Positions 9,979 to 19,977 of a stretch of 64,000 bases of DNA are shown here, piece by piece. The translations under genes were made by a program, and so were the position numbers. How positions within the stretch are numbered: position 1 is the stretch's first letter; every line of letters starts with the position of its first letter. The stretch spans positions 160,001 through 224,000 of the forward strand of contig JAJYUZ010000003.1 of assembly GCA_021792255.1 (NCBI GenBank), read 5' to 3'. This stretch comes from Thermoplasmata archaeon (GTDB lineage: Archaea > Thermoplasmatota > Thermoplasmata > Thermoplasmatales > GCA-001856825). The notes under the pieces were generated by a model that was not told where the DNA came from, made no database searches, and worked only from the letters and a program-made list of their open reading frames with translations.

Positions 9979-11118
9979 ATGCCTACATTTAAATTGCCAG
10001 ACATAGGGGAAGGAGTTCAGGAAGGGGAGATCGTAAAATGGAATGTGAAGCAGGGAGACAAGGTACACAAGGACGACATATTAGTGGAGGTTATGACCGA
10101 CAAAGTAACCGTGCAAATACCCTCGCCCTTCGAAGGGGAAGTTACAAAGCTGTACTACAAAGAAGGAGAGATCGCGAAGGTCGGCTCTTCGCTGTTGGAC
10201 ATTGGAGGAGCAAGTGCTACTACCACTCAAGAACAGGCACCTGCAGAAACTGCAGTCAAGACTTCAATCAATGAGGAATCAGTAGAGAAACAATCAATTC
10301 TTGCACCTCCGGCTGTCAGAAAACTAGCGAAAGAAAAGGGGATAGATCTTTCGAGAATCAGGGGTTCGGGACCGGGAGGGAGAATCACCGTAAAAGACGT
10401 CGAGCTGTTTACCGTCGAACCCGAAGTGACGACGGAAACTAAACCACTTAGAAATGAGCCCGTTGAAAGGAAAGTGATAGAACTTAGAGGACTGAGAAGG
10501 CTCATTTCGGAAAAGATGACAAAGTCGAAACACAACATTCCTCACTATGCAGTTGCCGAAGAAGTAAAAATGCAGGAACTTATAGATTTCAAGGAGAAAC
10601 TCAAGAACCAGGGGGTCAACCTGAGTTTCACACCTTTCTTCGTGAAAGCTGCGGTCGCGGCCCTGAAAGAATTTCCTTATCTAAATGCACGTTCGCAGGA
10701 GGATGGAAATTTCGAGATACTCGATTACTATAATGTCGGGATAGCTGTCGACACCGTCGAGGGTCTAACTGTTGCAGTCGTGAAACACGCCGACAAGAAA
10801 ACGTTGACGGAACTTTCGGCCGAGATTGAGGATCTTGCCAAGAGGGCAAGAGAGGGCAAACTCAAGCTCGATGAGGTCAAGGATTCGACGTTTACTGTCA
10901 CAAACGTCGGGAGCATCGGTGGGATCTTTTCCACACCAATCATCAACTATCCGGAAGTTGCGATCATGGGCGTGCATAGAATAATGGAAAATCCGCTTGG
11001 CAAATTCATGTATGTGACTCTGTCTGCGGACCATCGACTGATCGATGGAGCGATGGCGGCCAGGTTCATCGCCAGGGTCAAAAGATATTTAGAGGCTCCA
11101 GCTACACTGCTGGTGTGA
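9979..11118 (+). CDS. pdhC: 2-oxoacid dehydrogenase E2 (dihydrolipoyl acyltransferase)
   Basis: Lipoyl domain EVMTDKV, E3-binding PAVRKLAKEKGIDL..GSGPGGRIT, catalytic DHRLIDG. Confidence 0.95.
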   Translation: MPTFKLPDIGEGVQEGEIVKWNVKQGDKVHKDDILVEVMTDKVTVQIPSPFEGEVTKLYYKEGEIAKVGSSLLDIGGASATTTQEQAPAETAVKTSINEESVEKQSILAPPAVRKLAKEKGIDLSRIRGSGPGGRITVKDVELFTVEPEVTTETKPLRNEPVERKVIELRGLRRLISEKMTKSKHNIPHYAVAEEVKMQELIDFKEKLKNQGVNLSFTPFFVKAAVAALKEFPYLNARSQEDGNFEILDYYNVGIAVDTVEGLTVAVVKHADKKTLTELSAEIEDLAKRAREGKLKLDEVKDSTFTVTNVGSIGGIFSTPIINYPEVAIMGVHRIMENPLGKFMYVTLSADHRLIDGAMAARFIARVKRYLEAPATLLV

Positions 11119-11121
11119 AAA

Positions 11122-12441
11122 ATGGAACTGGATTCCATAATTCTTGGAGGAGGACCAGGAGGTTACTCTACCGCAATCAGACTTGGTCAGAACGGAAAGA
11201 AGGCGTTGGTAATCGAGGAAAACAAGATCGGAGGAGAGTGCCTGAATTATGGGTGCATACCTAGCAAGGCCATTATTGAACTGGCGGATGCAATCTCTTA
11301 TCTGAAGGAAATGCCCGGAGTCTCTTCCTCGGTTTCTATTGATATGAAGAAATGGCAAGAGTGGAAGTGGGGAATGATAAACAAGCTCACCTCAGGAGTT
11401 GAGAAACTGGTAACATCCTATGGCGGAGAAGTTGTCAAGGGAAAGGGTATCATCGAAAACAGCAACTCCATAAGGGTGAACAACGAAACATTTGACGCAA
11501 AGAGTCTCGTAATTGCAACGGGTTCAGTCCCTTCAAAGATAAAGGGTATTGAGGACGTATTTTACAACAAGGATATCCTCGATGCTGACCACATTCCGAA
11601 ATCCCTAGTAGTAATTGGCGGAGGTTATATTGGTATCGAACTGGGTACTGCGTTTTCAAAACTGGGGAGCGAGGTGACCATAGTCGAAATGATGCCAAAT
11701 ATTCTGCCAGGTACAGATACCGACCTCAGCAAATTCGTCGAGAGAAGAATGAACACACTGGGAATAAAAACATTCGTCGGAGCCAAAGTGGAGAAGGTCA
11801 CGAAGTCGGGAGAATTCAGCGTCAGTCTCGCTGACGGAAACGTCTTGAAATCGGAGCTAGTCCTGATGACTGTTGGACGCCAACCGAACACACAGGGATT
11901 CGGCTTGGAGAACATAAACCCTGAGATGGAAGGAAAATTCATCAAGACGGACAAGAGGAAAATGACGAGCGTAAAGGGCGTCTACGCAGTAGGTGATGTG
12001 AGTGGTCAGCCGATGCTGGCTCACAAGGCTTTCTATGATGCAGAAATCGCTTCGGAAAACATATCGGGAAAGAATTCAGAAGTGGATTACAGGGCAATGC
12101 CCTTCGTCATCTATTCAGACCCTGAGATTGTGACAACGGGATCAAAGACAGACAAGTTCAACAACATACCCTTAGCGACTAACGGAAGAGCATTGGGTAT
12201 GAACTCCAACCAGGGCGTGTTCAGGATTTACGTTGACAACGATTACGTCATTAAGGGAGGGGCGTTTGTTGCCCCACGTGCTTCAGAACTAATCAGCGAA
12301 ATTTCTTTGGCGGTGGAGGCAGGGCTCACTTCAAAAGACCTGGGAATGACCGTTCATCCTCATCCCACCCTTTCAGAGGGGGCAAAGGAGGCAGCGGAGG
12401 CAACCTATGGCAAATCGTTACACTACAAATCCAGTCGCTGA
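11122..12441 (+). CDS. lpdA: Dihydrolipoamide dehydrogenase E3
   Basis: GGGPGGY, GGECLNYGCIPSK, GGGYIG, HPHPTLSE. Confidence 0.96.
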   Translation: MELDSIILGGGPGGYSTAIRLGQNGKKALVIEENKIGGECLNYGCIPSKAIIELADAISYLKEMPGVSSSVSIDMKKWQEWKWGMINKLTSGVEKLVTSYGGEVVKGKGIIENSNSIRVNNETFDAKSLVIATGSVPSKIKGIEDVFYNKDILDADHIPKSLVVIGGGYIGIELGTAFSKLGSEVTIVEMMPNILPGTDTDLSKFVERRMNTLGIKTFVGAKVEKVTKSGEFSVSLADGNVLKSELVLMTVGRQPNTQGFGLENINPEMEGKFIKTDKRKMTSVKGVYAVGDVSGQPMLAHKAFYDAEIASENISGKNSEVDYRAMPFVIYSDPEIVTTGSKTDKFNNIPLATNGRALGMNSNQGVFRIYVDNDYVIKGGAFVAPRASELISEISLAVEAGLTSKDLGMTVHPHPTLSEGAKEAAEATYGKSLHYKSSR

Positions 12442-13051
12442 TCTTGGAACCGTAGATTACTCGGATTCGCTTGTTCTTCAAAGGAAGTTGGTAGAACTCG
12501 TCAAGAAGGGCGAGATAGGAGACGTCCTGCTGATTCTCGATCACCCACCAGTCTTCACGGTGGGCAGAGGAAAGAAACCTGAAAATTACTCTGGAGTGGA
12601 GGTTGTGGAAACTGAGAGAGGAGGAGATGTGACATATCACGGTCCTGGGCAACTGGTTGTCTACCCTATCATCGACCTTGAGAAAAACGAGATCGGTGGT
12701 GCGAGAAAACTTGTTCGCCTGATCGAAGAAGTTGCCATCACTTCGATCGGCAAGTTCGGTTATACGGTCAGAGCGGGGGATGAGCCAGGCATATGGTTCG
12801 ACGACAAAAAAGTAGCCTCAATTGGACTGGCGATCAGGGGCAACGTATCATTTCATGGCATTTCGATCAATATATCCGAAGAAGTACTGGGCGGGTTTGC
12901 CAAGATCAATCCTTGCGGACTCGACCCCGAAAAGATAGGCTTTGTGAGGATCGATAGAAGTGCAATAAAGAGAGAACTGATAGACAATTTTGAAAAGTTG
13001 ATCCATCCGTTTGAAGAGGTGGATGCTAGTTTCTTTGACGGTATGATATGA
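12407..13051 (+). CDS. lipB: Octanoyl/lipoyl transferase LipB
   Basis: DHPPVFTVG, RGGDVTYHGPGQLVVYPI, KVASIG, HGISIN, INPCG; start overlaps the lpdA end by 35 nt. Confidence 0.93.
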   Translation: MANRYTTNPVADLGTVDYSDSLVLQRKLVELVKKGEIGDVLLILDHPPVFTVGRGKKPENYSGVEVVETERGGDVTYHGPGQLVVYPIIDLEKNEIGGARKLVRLIEEVAITSIGKFGYTVRAGDEPGIWFDDKKVASIGLAIRGNVSFHGISINISEEVLGGFAKINPCGLDPEKIGFVRIDRSAIKRELIDNFEKLIHPFEEVDASFFDGMI

Positions 13052-13153
13052 CGTGGTGTCACTGAACAGCTTCACTTGCTGCTTTTCTGCTTCTCAGAAT
13101 CACATTCGTATTTTAATTCATAACTTTCAATACCTTCTCGGTGATGTTGGAAG

Positions 13154-15844
13154 GTGATAGCAAATTCGGGTATTGTGCTCAAGGACGGAAGCCTTGTCGT
13201 TGTCAGGGAATTCAACAGATCCGATCTATCCAAATTCAAGGAATTTATCTACTCCCTTTCAGATTCTGCCATTCAAGGCAGATTTATGCAAAATATTCCA
13301 AGAGATGCTGCCATCGAGCTTCTTCTAGCTAAGGGAGTGACTTCGGTGGTGGCAGTCAGAGATGATAAGATAATCGCCCACGGAGCACTTTATGAAAATG
13401 TGAAAGAGACTTCTGAAATGGGAATCCTCGTGGACGACAAGTATCAGTCTCTCGGTCTCGGGACGGCCATGCTCGGATTACTCGCAGAGCATGCGGTGAG
13501 ATCGGGTGCTGGTGAGATTAGAGCGTATGTTTCTCCAGAGAACTATAAGATGATCGCTGCGGTCAAGAATCTGGGATTTGCGGTCGAATCTTCTGCAAGA
13601 CCCGGAGCTCTGGAGGTCAGATTTTCTCCCTCCTCTCTTCCCGAGGCAATAAACAATTTCGAGAACAGAGACGCCATATCTGCGGTCAATGCAGTTAAAA
13701 TTTTCCTAGAGCCAAAGAGCGTTGCAGTCATAGGAGCTTCTTCGAACAGATCATCAATTGGTGGACAACTTTTCTTCAACCTGCTCGAGAGCAACTTCAA
13801 TGGTCAGATATTCCCTGTCAACCCTTCCCACGACTTCGTGCAGGGAATTCGGACCTACAGGTCAGTAAAGGAAATAGATTACCCCGTAGGATTGGCAATC
13901 ATAGTCGTTCCCGCAGAGCAATCCCTAAGAGTAATAGAAGAGTGCGGAGAGAAGGGAGTGAAGGGACTGGTGATAATCACATCTGGCTTCTCCGAGATAG
14001 GAGGAATCGGAAACGAGAGACAGGAACAACTCTCGAAGATCTGTGATAAGTATGGTATGAGGGTAATCGGACCTAACTGTATGGGCGTAGTGAACAATTC
14101 TGATATAGTGAACCTCAATGGCCAGTTTTCTCCGTTCAAGCCGGTGAAGGGCAGGGTGTCTTTCCTTTCTCAATCCGGAGCCCTAGGGATCGCGGTCTTT
14201 GACATTACTACAAAACTCGGACTGGGGCTGAGCTCTTTTGTTTCAGTTGGGAACAAAATGGACATTTCTAGCAACGACCTGATACAGTACTGGGAAAATG
14301 ACAAAAACACTGACGTCATCCTGCTCTATCTGGAATCCTTCGGGAATCCCATAAAATTCTCGAGACTAGCTAGAAGAGTAACGAAGAAGAAACCCATAAT
14401 AGTAGTCAAGAGCGGGAGAGGTTCTGCTGGATTCAGGGCTACCCAATCTCACACAGCTGCATTGCTTTCCACTTCCGATGTCACCGTCGATGCCCTCTTC
14501 AAGCAGAGCGGAATAATCAGGACGGATACTCTGGACCAGATGTTCGATGTCACTTCCGTGCTCGCCCATCAGCCCGTCCCAAGGGGTGACAGGGTTGCGA
14601 TACTGACAAATGCTGGTGGCGCTGGCATATTGGCAGCCGATGCTTGTGAGTCCCATGGCCTAATCGTTCCTGATCTCCCAGAAGAAGCTAAAGAAAAACT
14701 CAGGAAACTTCTTCCCGCGATTGCAAGCGTGAGGAATCCGGTAGATATGACTGCTGGAACGGGACCTGAAGCATATGAAAAAGCGCTGGAAATACTGGGT
14801 TCGGTCGATGAGATCGATTCCATAATTGTCATCTTCATCCTCCCTACCGTACTGGATCCAAACGACGTCGCGAGGAACATTATTGCTGGAACCGAGAAAA
14901 TAAACAATTCCAAGACCATAGTGTCCGTTTTCATGGGTACGAAGGGAGTTTCACAGGTATTGAAGGGAGAGAAGGTAAGTATCCCATCCTTCACTTTCCC
15001 CGAAGACGCTGCAATTTCGCTCTCAAAAGCCGTGGAGTATGGCAGATGGAAGTATGCACCTGTCAGAACTATTGGGGAAAAAGAGGACATTGACAAAGAT
15101 ATGGTCAAGGCAATCATATCAGGAACCCTGAGAGAGGGAAGAGAGTGGTTGACTTATGATGAGTGCAACGCTGTTCTTAACACGTATAAGATCCAAACCG
15201 TAAAGACTGCAACCGCTATGAACAAGGAAGAGGTCAGAATAAAGACTCAGGGATGGTTGGGAAAGGTGGCGATCAAGGCTTATGGGCCTAAGCTCATTCA
15301 CAAGAGCGACGTTGGTGCCGTAAAGTTGAATGTGCCAGTTCCTGACGCAGCGTACGAGGCAGGTCAAATGATCTCGATGCTCAGCGCTAAGGGCTTAGAA
15401 GTTGAATATCTGGCCATCCAGGAGATGGTTCCAGAGGGGATTGAGATGATAGCTGGATCAACTCACGATCCAGCATTTGGCCCGATCATAGTCGCGGGTA
15501 TGGGAGGAAAGCTCGTAGAACTCCTGAAGGATATTTCCACCAGACTTGCGCCGATCGAGAAGGAAGACGCAGACCAAATGATCGCTGAACTCAGGACCGC
15601 ACAGATATTGAGAGGTTATCGAGGCGGTATAGTCGCAGACGAGGATTCCTACAAGGATGTCATCGTGAGAGTATCCCGACTCGTCTTCGATAATCCAGAA
15701 ATATTAGAGCTAGACCTAAACCCAGTTCTGGTTCTTGAAAAGGGAAAGGGCTCGAAAACAGTCGACTTTAGGATCAGGGTTGGCAATCTCCCACAGAACA
15801 GTCTGCCTTTCGTGGCAAAGAGCATAATCAAGAGCACTCCCTGA
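13154..15844 (+). CDS. GNAT acetyltransferase fused to ADP-forming acyl-CoA synthetase alpha+beta domains (Pat/PatA-like)
   Basis: N-terminal SEMGILVDDKYQSLGLGT (GNAT motif A); PKSVAVIGAS, GPNCMG, SQSGAL, SHT, NPVDM; ATP-grasp HKSDVGAV, ELDLNPV. Confidence 0.9.
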   Translation: MIANSGIVLKDGSLVVVREFNRSDLSKFKEFIYSLSDSAIQGRFMQNIPRDAAIELLLAKGVTSVVAVRDDKIIAHGALYENVKETSEMGILVDDKYQSLGLGTAMLGLLAEHAVRSGAGEIRAYVSPENYKMIAAVKNLGFAVESSARPGALEVRFSPSSLPEAINNFENRDAISAVNAVKIFLEPKSVAVIGASSNRSSIGGQLFFNLLESNFNGQIFPVNPSHDFVQGIRTYRSVKEIDYPVGLAIIVVPAEQSLRVIEECGEKGVKGLVIITSGFSEIGGIGNERQEQLSKICDKYGMRVIGPNCMGVVNNSDIVNLNGQFSPFKPVKGRVSFLSQSGALGIAVFDITTKLGLGLSSFVSVGNKMDISSNDLIQYWENDKNTDVILLYLESFGNPIKFSRLARRVTKKKPIIVVKSGRGSAGFRATQSHTAALLSTSDVTVDALFKQSGIIRTDTLDQMFDVTSVLAHQPVPRGDRVAILTNAGGAGILAADACESHGLIVPDLPEEAKEKLRKLLPAIASVRNPVDMTAGTGPEAYEKALEILGSVDEIDSIIVIFILPTVLDPNDVARNIIAGTEKINNSKTIVSVFMGTKGVSQVLKGEKVSIPSFTFPEDAAISLSKAVEYGRWKYAPVRTIGEKEDIDKDMVKAIISGTLREGREWLTYDECNAVLNTYKIQTVKTATAMNKEEVRIKTQGWLGKVAIKAYGPKLIHKSDVGAVKLNVPVPDAAYEAGQMISMLSAKGLEVEYLAIQEMVPEGIEMIAGSTHDPAFGPIIVAGMGGKLVELLKDISTRLAPIEKEDADQMIAELRTAQILRGYRGGIVADEDSYKDVIVRVSRLVFDNPEILELDLNPVLVLEKGKGSKTVDFRIRVGNLPQNSLPFVAKSIIKSTP

Positions 15845-16038
15845 AGAACGGTTCGTTCAATAAATGAGCAGTTGAGAATGATCAAAGAACTCCTTCCCAG
15901 CCGTAGTGAGTTTAGGCGTCCAATGGAGTGTTTGGTTTAGTCAGCTGCACGGTCTCGACTCCGCAACTTGAACTTGCTCTCTTTCTCCTAACTTTTTTAT
16001 AAGGCGTCAAACTATCGACAATAACGGTGATATGAGTA

Positions 16039-16431
16039 ATGGTTACCATGAGGGCTGTAATCTCTACCTCTGACGGGAAGACAAGGCAACTTGAAGTACC
16101 GGAAGACAGGCAGAGTGCCCTGTACGGAAAGAAGATAGGAGAAGTGCTAGATGGCTCTCTGTTGGGGTTCAGCAACACTAAGCTCAAGATAACTGGTGGA
16201 AGCGACAAGGATGGTTTCCCGATGAGGAACGACTTCCCAGGGATGAGGAGGAAAAGAGTACTGCTGACGGGAGGAGTCGGCTTTCATCCAAAGAGGGAAG
16301 GTCTCAGAAAAAAGAAAAACATCAGGGGAAACACTGTAGGAGAGGACATTTCTCAAATCAATTTCTTTGTAGTAGAGGGAGAGATAGAAGAGACGAAAGG
16401 AGAAACGAATGAAGCTGCCAAAACCACCTGA
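16039..16431 (+). CDS. rps6e: 30S ribosomal protein S6e
   Basis: KITGGSDKDGFPMR, GLRKKKNIRGN; exact start uncertain (16039 or 16048). Confidence 0.96.
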   Translation: MVTMRAVISTSDGKTRQLEVPEDRQSALYGKKIGEVLDGSLLGFSNTKLKITGGSDKDGFPMRNDFPGMRRKRVLLTGGVGFHPKREGLRKKKNIRGNTVGEDISQINFFVVEGEIEETKGETNEAAKTT

Positions 16432-17632
16432 AGTCAACATAGGCATGGTTGGCCATGTGGATCATGGCAAGAGTACTCTGACAAAACTTCTCACTGGCGT
16501 GAAAACTGACTATTTTTCGGAGGAGATAAAGAGGGGAATTTCCATCAAACTCGGTTATGCGGATACTCCCGTCTACAGATGCCCCGAGGGATGGCCAACT
16601 AGATACTCGATAAACCCTTCGGACTGCGGAAAAGGAGGAGTTCTTGAAAGAGTGGTGAGTTTTGTGGACTCGCCCGGACACGAAAGCCTGATGGCTACTA
16701 TGCTGTCTGGTGCAGCAATCATGGATGGGGCAATAATGGTCATTGCATCAAACGAAAAATGCCCTAAGCCTCAGACGAGGGAGCACCTGATGGCTCTCAA
16801 TTTTCTTGGAATTAGAAACATAGTTATCGTTCAGAACAAGATCGATCTCGTCACGGAAGAGAGAGCTATGGAAAGCTACAACGAGATCAAGGAGTTTGTG
16901 AAAGGGACCGTCGCCGAGCACGCTCCGGTAATACCCATGAGTGCTCTCGACAACGCAAATCTAGATTCACTTCTCGACGCAATCGAGCATTCCATTCCTA
17001 CCAGGAAGTTTGAGACGAACGGCAATGCGATGATGTACATTGCGAGAAGCTTTGACGTCAACAAGCCAGGAACAATTCCAGATTCACTTCAAGGTGGGGT
17101 GGTAGGCGGATCAATTATGTCTGGAAAATTCAAAACAGATGATGAAATTGAAATTTCTCCTGGGATCGCTTTCACCAAGGGTGGAAAAAAGAGCTGGACC
17201 CCCGTTCAAACGCAAATTTCATCAATCATATCTGGCAGTATAACTCTCGACGAAAAGGGACCAGGCGGACTGGTCGGAATTGGCACCAAACTGGATCCAT
17301 TCTTGACGAAAGGGGACAGCCTAGTCGGGATGGTGGTTGGACTGAAAGGAACTCTGCCCAAACCAGTTTTCAAGATTTCACTGAAGACAAACATCCTGAG
17401 CAAAGTAGTCGGAAGCTCAGAAGAACTCAATGTTGATCGGATAATAAAGAGCGAAACTCTTCTCCTGAACGTTGCAACAGCCGTGACAGTTGCAGTCGTA
17501 ACTCAGGCAAAGGGGGACGTTATGGAAGCAGACCTGAAATATCCTATAATAGCTCTTCCTGGACAAAACGTAGCCATAAGTAGGAAGATTCAGAACAGGT
17601 GGAGACTTATAGGCAGCGGAATAGTTAGTTAG
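16409..17632 (+). CDS. eif2g: Translation initiation factor aIF2 gamma
   Basis: GHVDHGKST, RGISIKLGY, DSPGHE, NKID, RWRLIG. Confidence 0.97.
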   Translation: MKLPKPPEVNIGMVGHVDHGKSTLTKLLTGVKTDYFSEEIKRGISIKLGYADTPVYRCPEGWPTRYSINPSDCGKGGVLERVVSFVDSPGHESLMATMLSGAAIMDGAIMVIASNEKCPKPQTREHLMALNFLGIRNIVIVQNKIDLVTEERAMESYNEIKEFVKGTVAEHAPVIPMSALDNANLDSLLDAIEHSIPTRKFETNGNAMMYIARSFDVNKPGTIPDSLQGGVVGGSIMSGKFKTDDEIEISPGIAFTKGGKKSWTPVQTQISSIISGSITLDEKGPGGLVGIGTKLDPFLTKGDSLVGMVVGLKGTLPKPVFKISLKTNILSKVVGSSEELNVDRIIKSETLLLNVATAVTVAVVTQAKGDVMEADLKYPIIALPGQNVAISRKIQNRWRLIGSGIVS

Positions 17633-17845
17633 TCTACGGTTTCTTTTTAGAACTGATTTTGCCGCGGTTTGCTCCTAGGGAGTAAGCTTTGCGATCTAGG
17701 ATCTTTCTGTACTTTTTTTGCAGTGTCGGTTTACGAATACGTGAGGCCACGTGAGTCAGATGGATGCTTCGTCATCTAGAATTAATGTTGCAGAAACGGA
17801 AGTTATTCTCTTGTTGTGTTGACCTTGTCTGAGAATCCCTTGCTC

Positions 17846-18913
17846 CTATTTCTTGGCCGAACTGGCTCTTCCCTCTCTAAGTGCCTGTTTGCCTTTCCTT
17901 ATGCTCTCTATGAATCTAGGCACTATTTCGTACGCATCGCCTATGAGGGCCACATCGGAGTACTTTACAATTGGAGCAGCCGCGTCCTTATTAATGGATA
18001 TAATGTATTCCGAAGATTTCATTCCTGCGATGTGTTGAATGGCTCCTGATACTCCGACAGCAATGTAGAGTTTTGGATGAACTGTTTTTCCGGTCTGCCC
18101 GACCTGCCTGTCCCTCGTGATCCATCCTGCGTCTACCGTTGGTCTAGAAGCCGCAACTATTCCGCCGAGTTCGTTCGCAAGATCTTCCAGAATCTTGAAC
18201 CCCTCCTTCTTTCCCAGTCCCATTCCACCGCATACAACTACATCTGCGGTAGTTATGTCGACTTCCTCTCTTGTCACGATCTGGAGTAGCTTTGTGACTA
18301 CGTCCTCTTCCTTGATGCTGTTCTCTACTCTCTCTATCTCTCCCTTTCGTCCTACTACCCTATCTACGGGCTTGAATATACCTGGTCTTGCACTTGCCAT
18401 CTGCGGTCGATGCCTGCTGCACAGTATATTTGCAAGGATTGCTCCGCCGAAAGCGGGTCTCCTCGCTTCCAGCAGTTTCTTGGATGGATCTATATCTATT
18501 TCGGTACAGTCCGCTGTTATTCCTGTGTTGACTCTGACCGCAATTCTTGACGCCAGATCACGTCCGTTGTGGGTTGCACCAATGACGAAGTAGTTTGGCT
18601 TCTTTTCCACTATTAGTGAAGCTATCGCGTCGGCATATGGCCTCGTTCTGTAGTGTCGATAGACCTGATTCTTGACAAAAATAACCCTATCTACGCCATA
18701 CTCTATCGCCTCTTGAGCCATTCTTTCTCCGTTCTCATCTGCCAGGAGAATACCGACCAATTTTTCGTTGTATTTATCGGCCAGCTTTCTGCCTATACCG
18801 GCCATCTCGAGTGAAATCCTGGACAGCTCTCCGTCGTTCTGTTCCAACCAGATCCAGAGGTCCTTGTATATCTCTACATTCGCTGGTGGGGTCGCGCATC
18901 TATTCTTTATCAT
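17846..18913 (-). CDS. fixB: Electron transfer flavoprotein alpha subunit (FixB/EtfA)
   Basis: GITADCT, RPAFGG, QVGQTGKTV, GVSGAIQH. Confidence 0.93.
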   Translation of the reverse strand: MIKNRCATPPANVEIYKDLWIWLEQNDGELSRISLEMAGIGRKLADKYNEKLVGILLADENGERMAQEAIEYGVDRVIFVKNQVYRHYRTRPYADAIASLIVEKKPNYFVIGATHNGRDLASRIAVRVNTGITADCTEIDIDPSKKLLEARRPAFGGAILANILCSRHRPQMASARPGIFKPVDRVVGRKGEIERVENSIKEEDVVTKLLQIVTREEVDITTADVVVCGGMGLGKKEGFKILEDLANELGGIVAASRPTVDAGWITRDRQVGQTGKTVHPKLYIAVGVSGAIQHIAGMKSSEYIISINKDAAAPIVKYSDVALIGDAYEIVPRFIESIRKGKQALREGRASSAKK

Positions 18914-19692
18914 TTCACTATCCCCCTCTCAATCAGGACTGAAACTATCTTGTCCAATTCTTCGATGCCTGGTTTCGACGGATTCTTCACAGGGTCAGGA
19001 ACGGTCTTCATATCCTTGACGATCGTCGGTGAACCCTTCAGGCCTATGCAAGCTGGATCCAGCTGCAATTCCTTGTTTGTTACCAGCTTCACTCCCTTCT
19101 TGTAGGCCGCAATTTTTCTCTTGAGCGTTGGATTTCTGGGATCGTTGGCGTTGAGAGTTATTGTTATCACTGCTGGCTTCCCTATCTTTATAGTTTCCTC
19201 AGCTCCTTCGATGTCTCTGACCACTACGAAAAATCCGTTTTCGTACTCCACCTTGTGTACATAGGTGGCCTGTTCATAACCCATGAATTCTGCAATTCCT
19301 GGGCCAACGTGCCCCGTAGATGAGTCCGTGGTCTCCTCCCCGCAGAGTATCACGTCAAATCCCCCAAGGTAGTCCGCGACAGACGCAAGCGTGAAAGCGG
19401 TTGGCCACGTATCTGCACCGGCAAAAACTCTGTCTGTGACGAGTACTCCGTTGTCTGCCCCCATTCCCATCAACTGCAACAGAGCAGAATCTGCCATCGG
19501 TGGTCCCATCGTAATCACCGTAATCTCTCCTCCATACCTGTCTTTGAGCTGTACGGCCGCTTCAGTGGCATTGACGTCCGGGGGATTGACCACATTTCTA
19601 GCCATGCTCCTGTTCAAGGTCTTCGTGACTGGATCTATACTTATGTCCTGACTATCAGGAACTTGTTTTATCATAACTGCAATCTTCAACAT
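18910..19692 (-). CDS. fixA: Electron transfer flavoprotein beta subunit (FixA/EtfB)
   Basis: IKQVPD, TMGPP, DRVFAGADT, DSSTGHVGP, GLKGSPT. Confidence 0.93.
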   Translation of the reverse strand: MLKIAVMIKQVPDSQDISIDPVTKTLNRSMARNVVNPPDVNATEAAVQLKDRYGGEITVITMGPPMADSALLQLMGMGADNGVLVTDRVFAGADTWPTAFTLASVADYLGGFDVILCGEETTDSSTGHVGPGIAEFMGYEQATYVHKVEYENGFFVVVRDIEGAEETIKIGKPAVITITLNANDPRNPTLKRKIAAYKKGVKLVTNKELQLDPACIGLKGSPTIVKDMKTVPDPVKNPSKPGIEELDKIVSVLIERGIVK

Positions 19693-19698
19693 TTACCA

Positions 19699-19977
19699 TC
19701 ACCCGTACTTGTAAATGACTCCCTTACCGGCCTTTGGAAAGGTCCACTTTACAGACCCCTGATCACACGCAATGGAACACGTTCCACATTCGACACAATC
19801 TTCGTACTGGAAGTTGAGTTTTCCATCCTGAATCGTGTAACACTGTGCTGGGCACGCCATGACACAGAAATGATGCGGACACTTCTCACATATGCTTTCG
19901 TCCACAGTTATGTGAGCGTATGATTTGTCGACATCGTACTTTGTCTTTCCCAGTCGCTCCTTTATATCCACTGTCAC
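19699..19977 (-). CDS. fixX: Ferredoxin-like FixX
   Basis: CEKC..CVMACPAQCY, CVECGTCSIAC, WTFPKAGKGV. Confidence 0.92.
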   Translation of the reverse strand: MTVDIKERLGKTKYDVDKSYAHITVDESICEKCPHHFCVMACPAQCYTIQDGKLNFQYEDCVECGTCSIACDQGSVKWTFPKAGKGVIYKYG

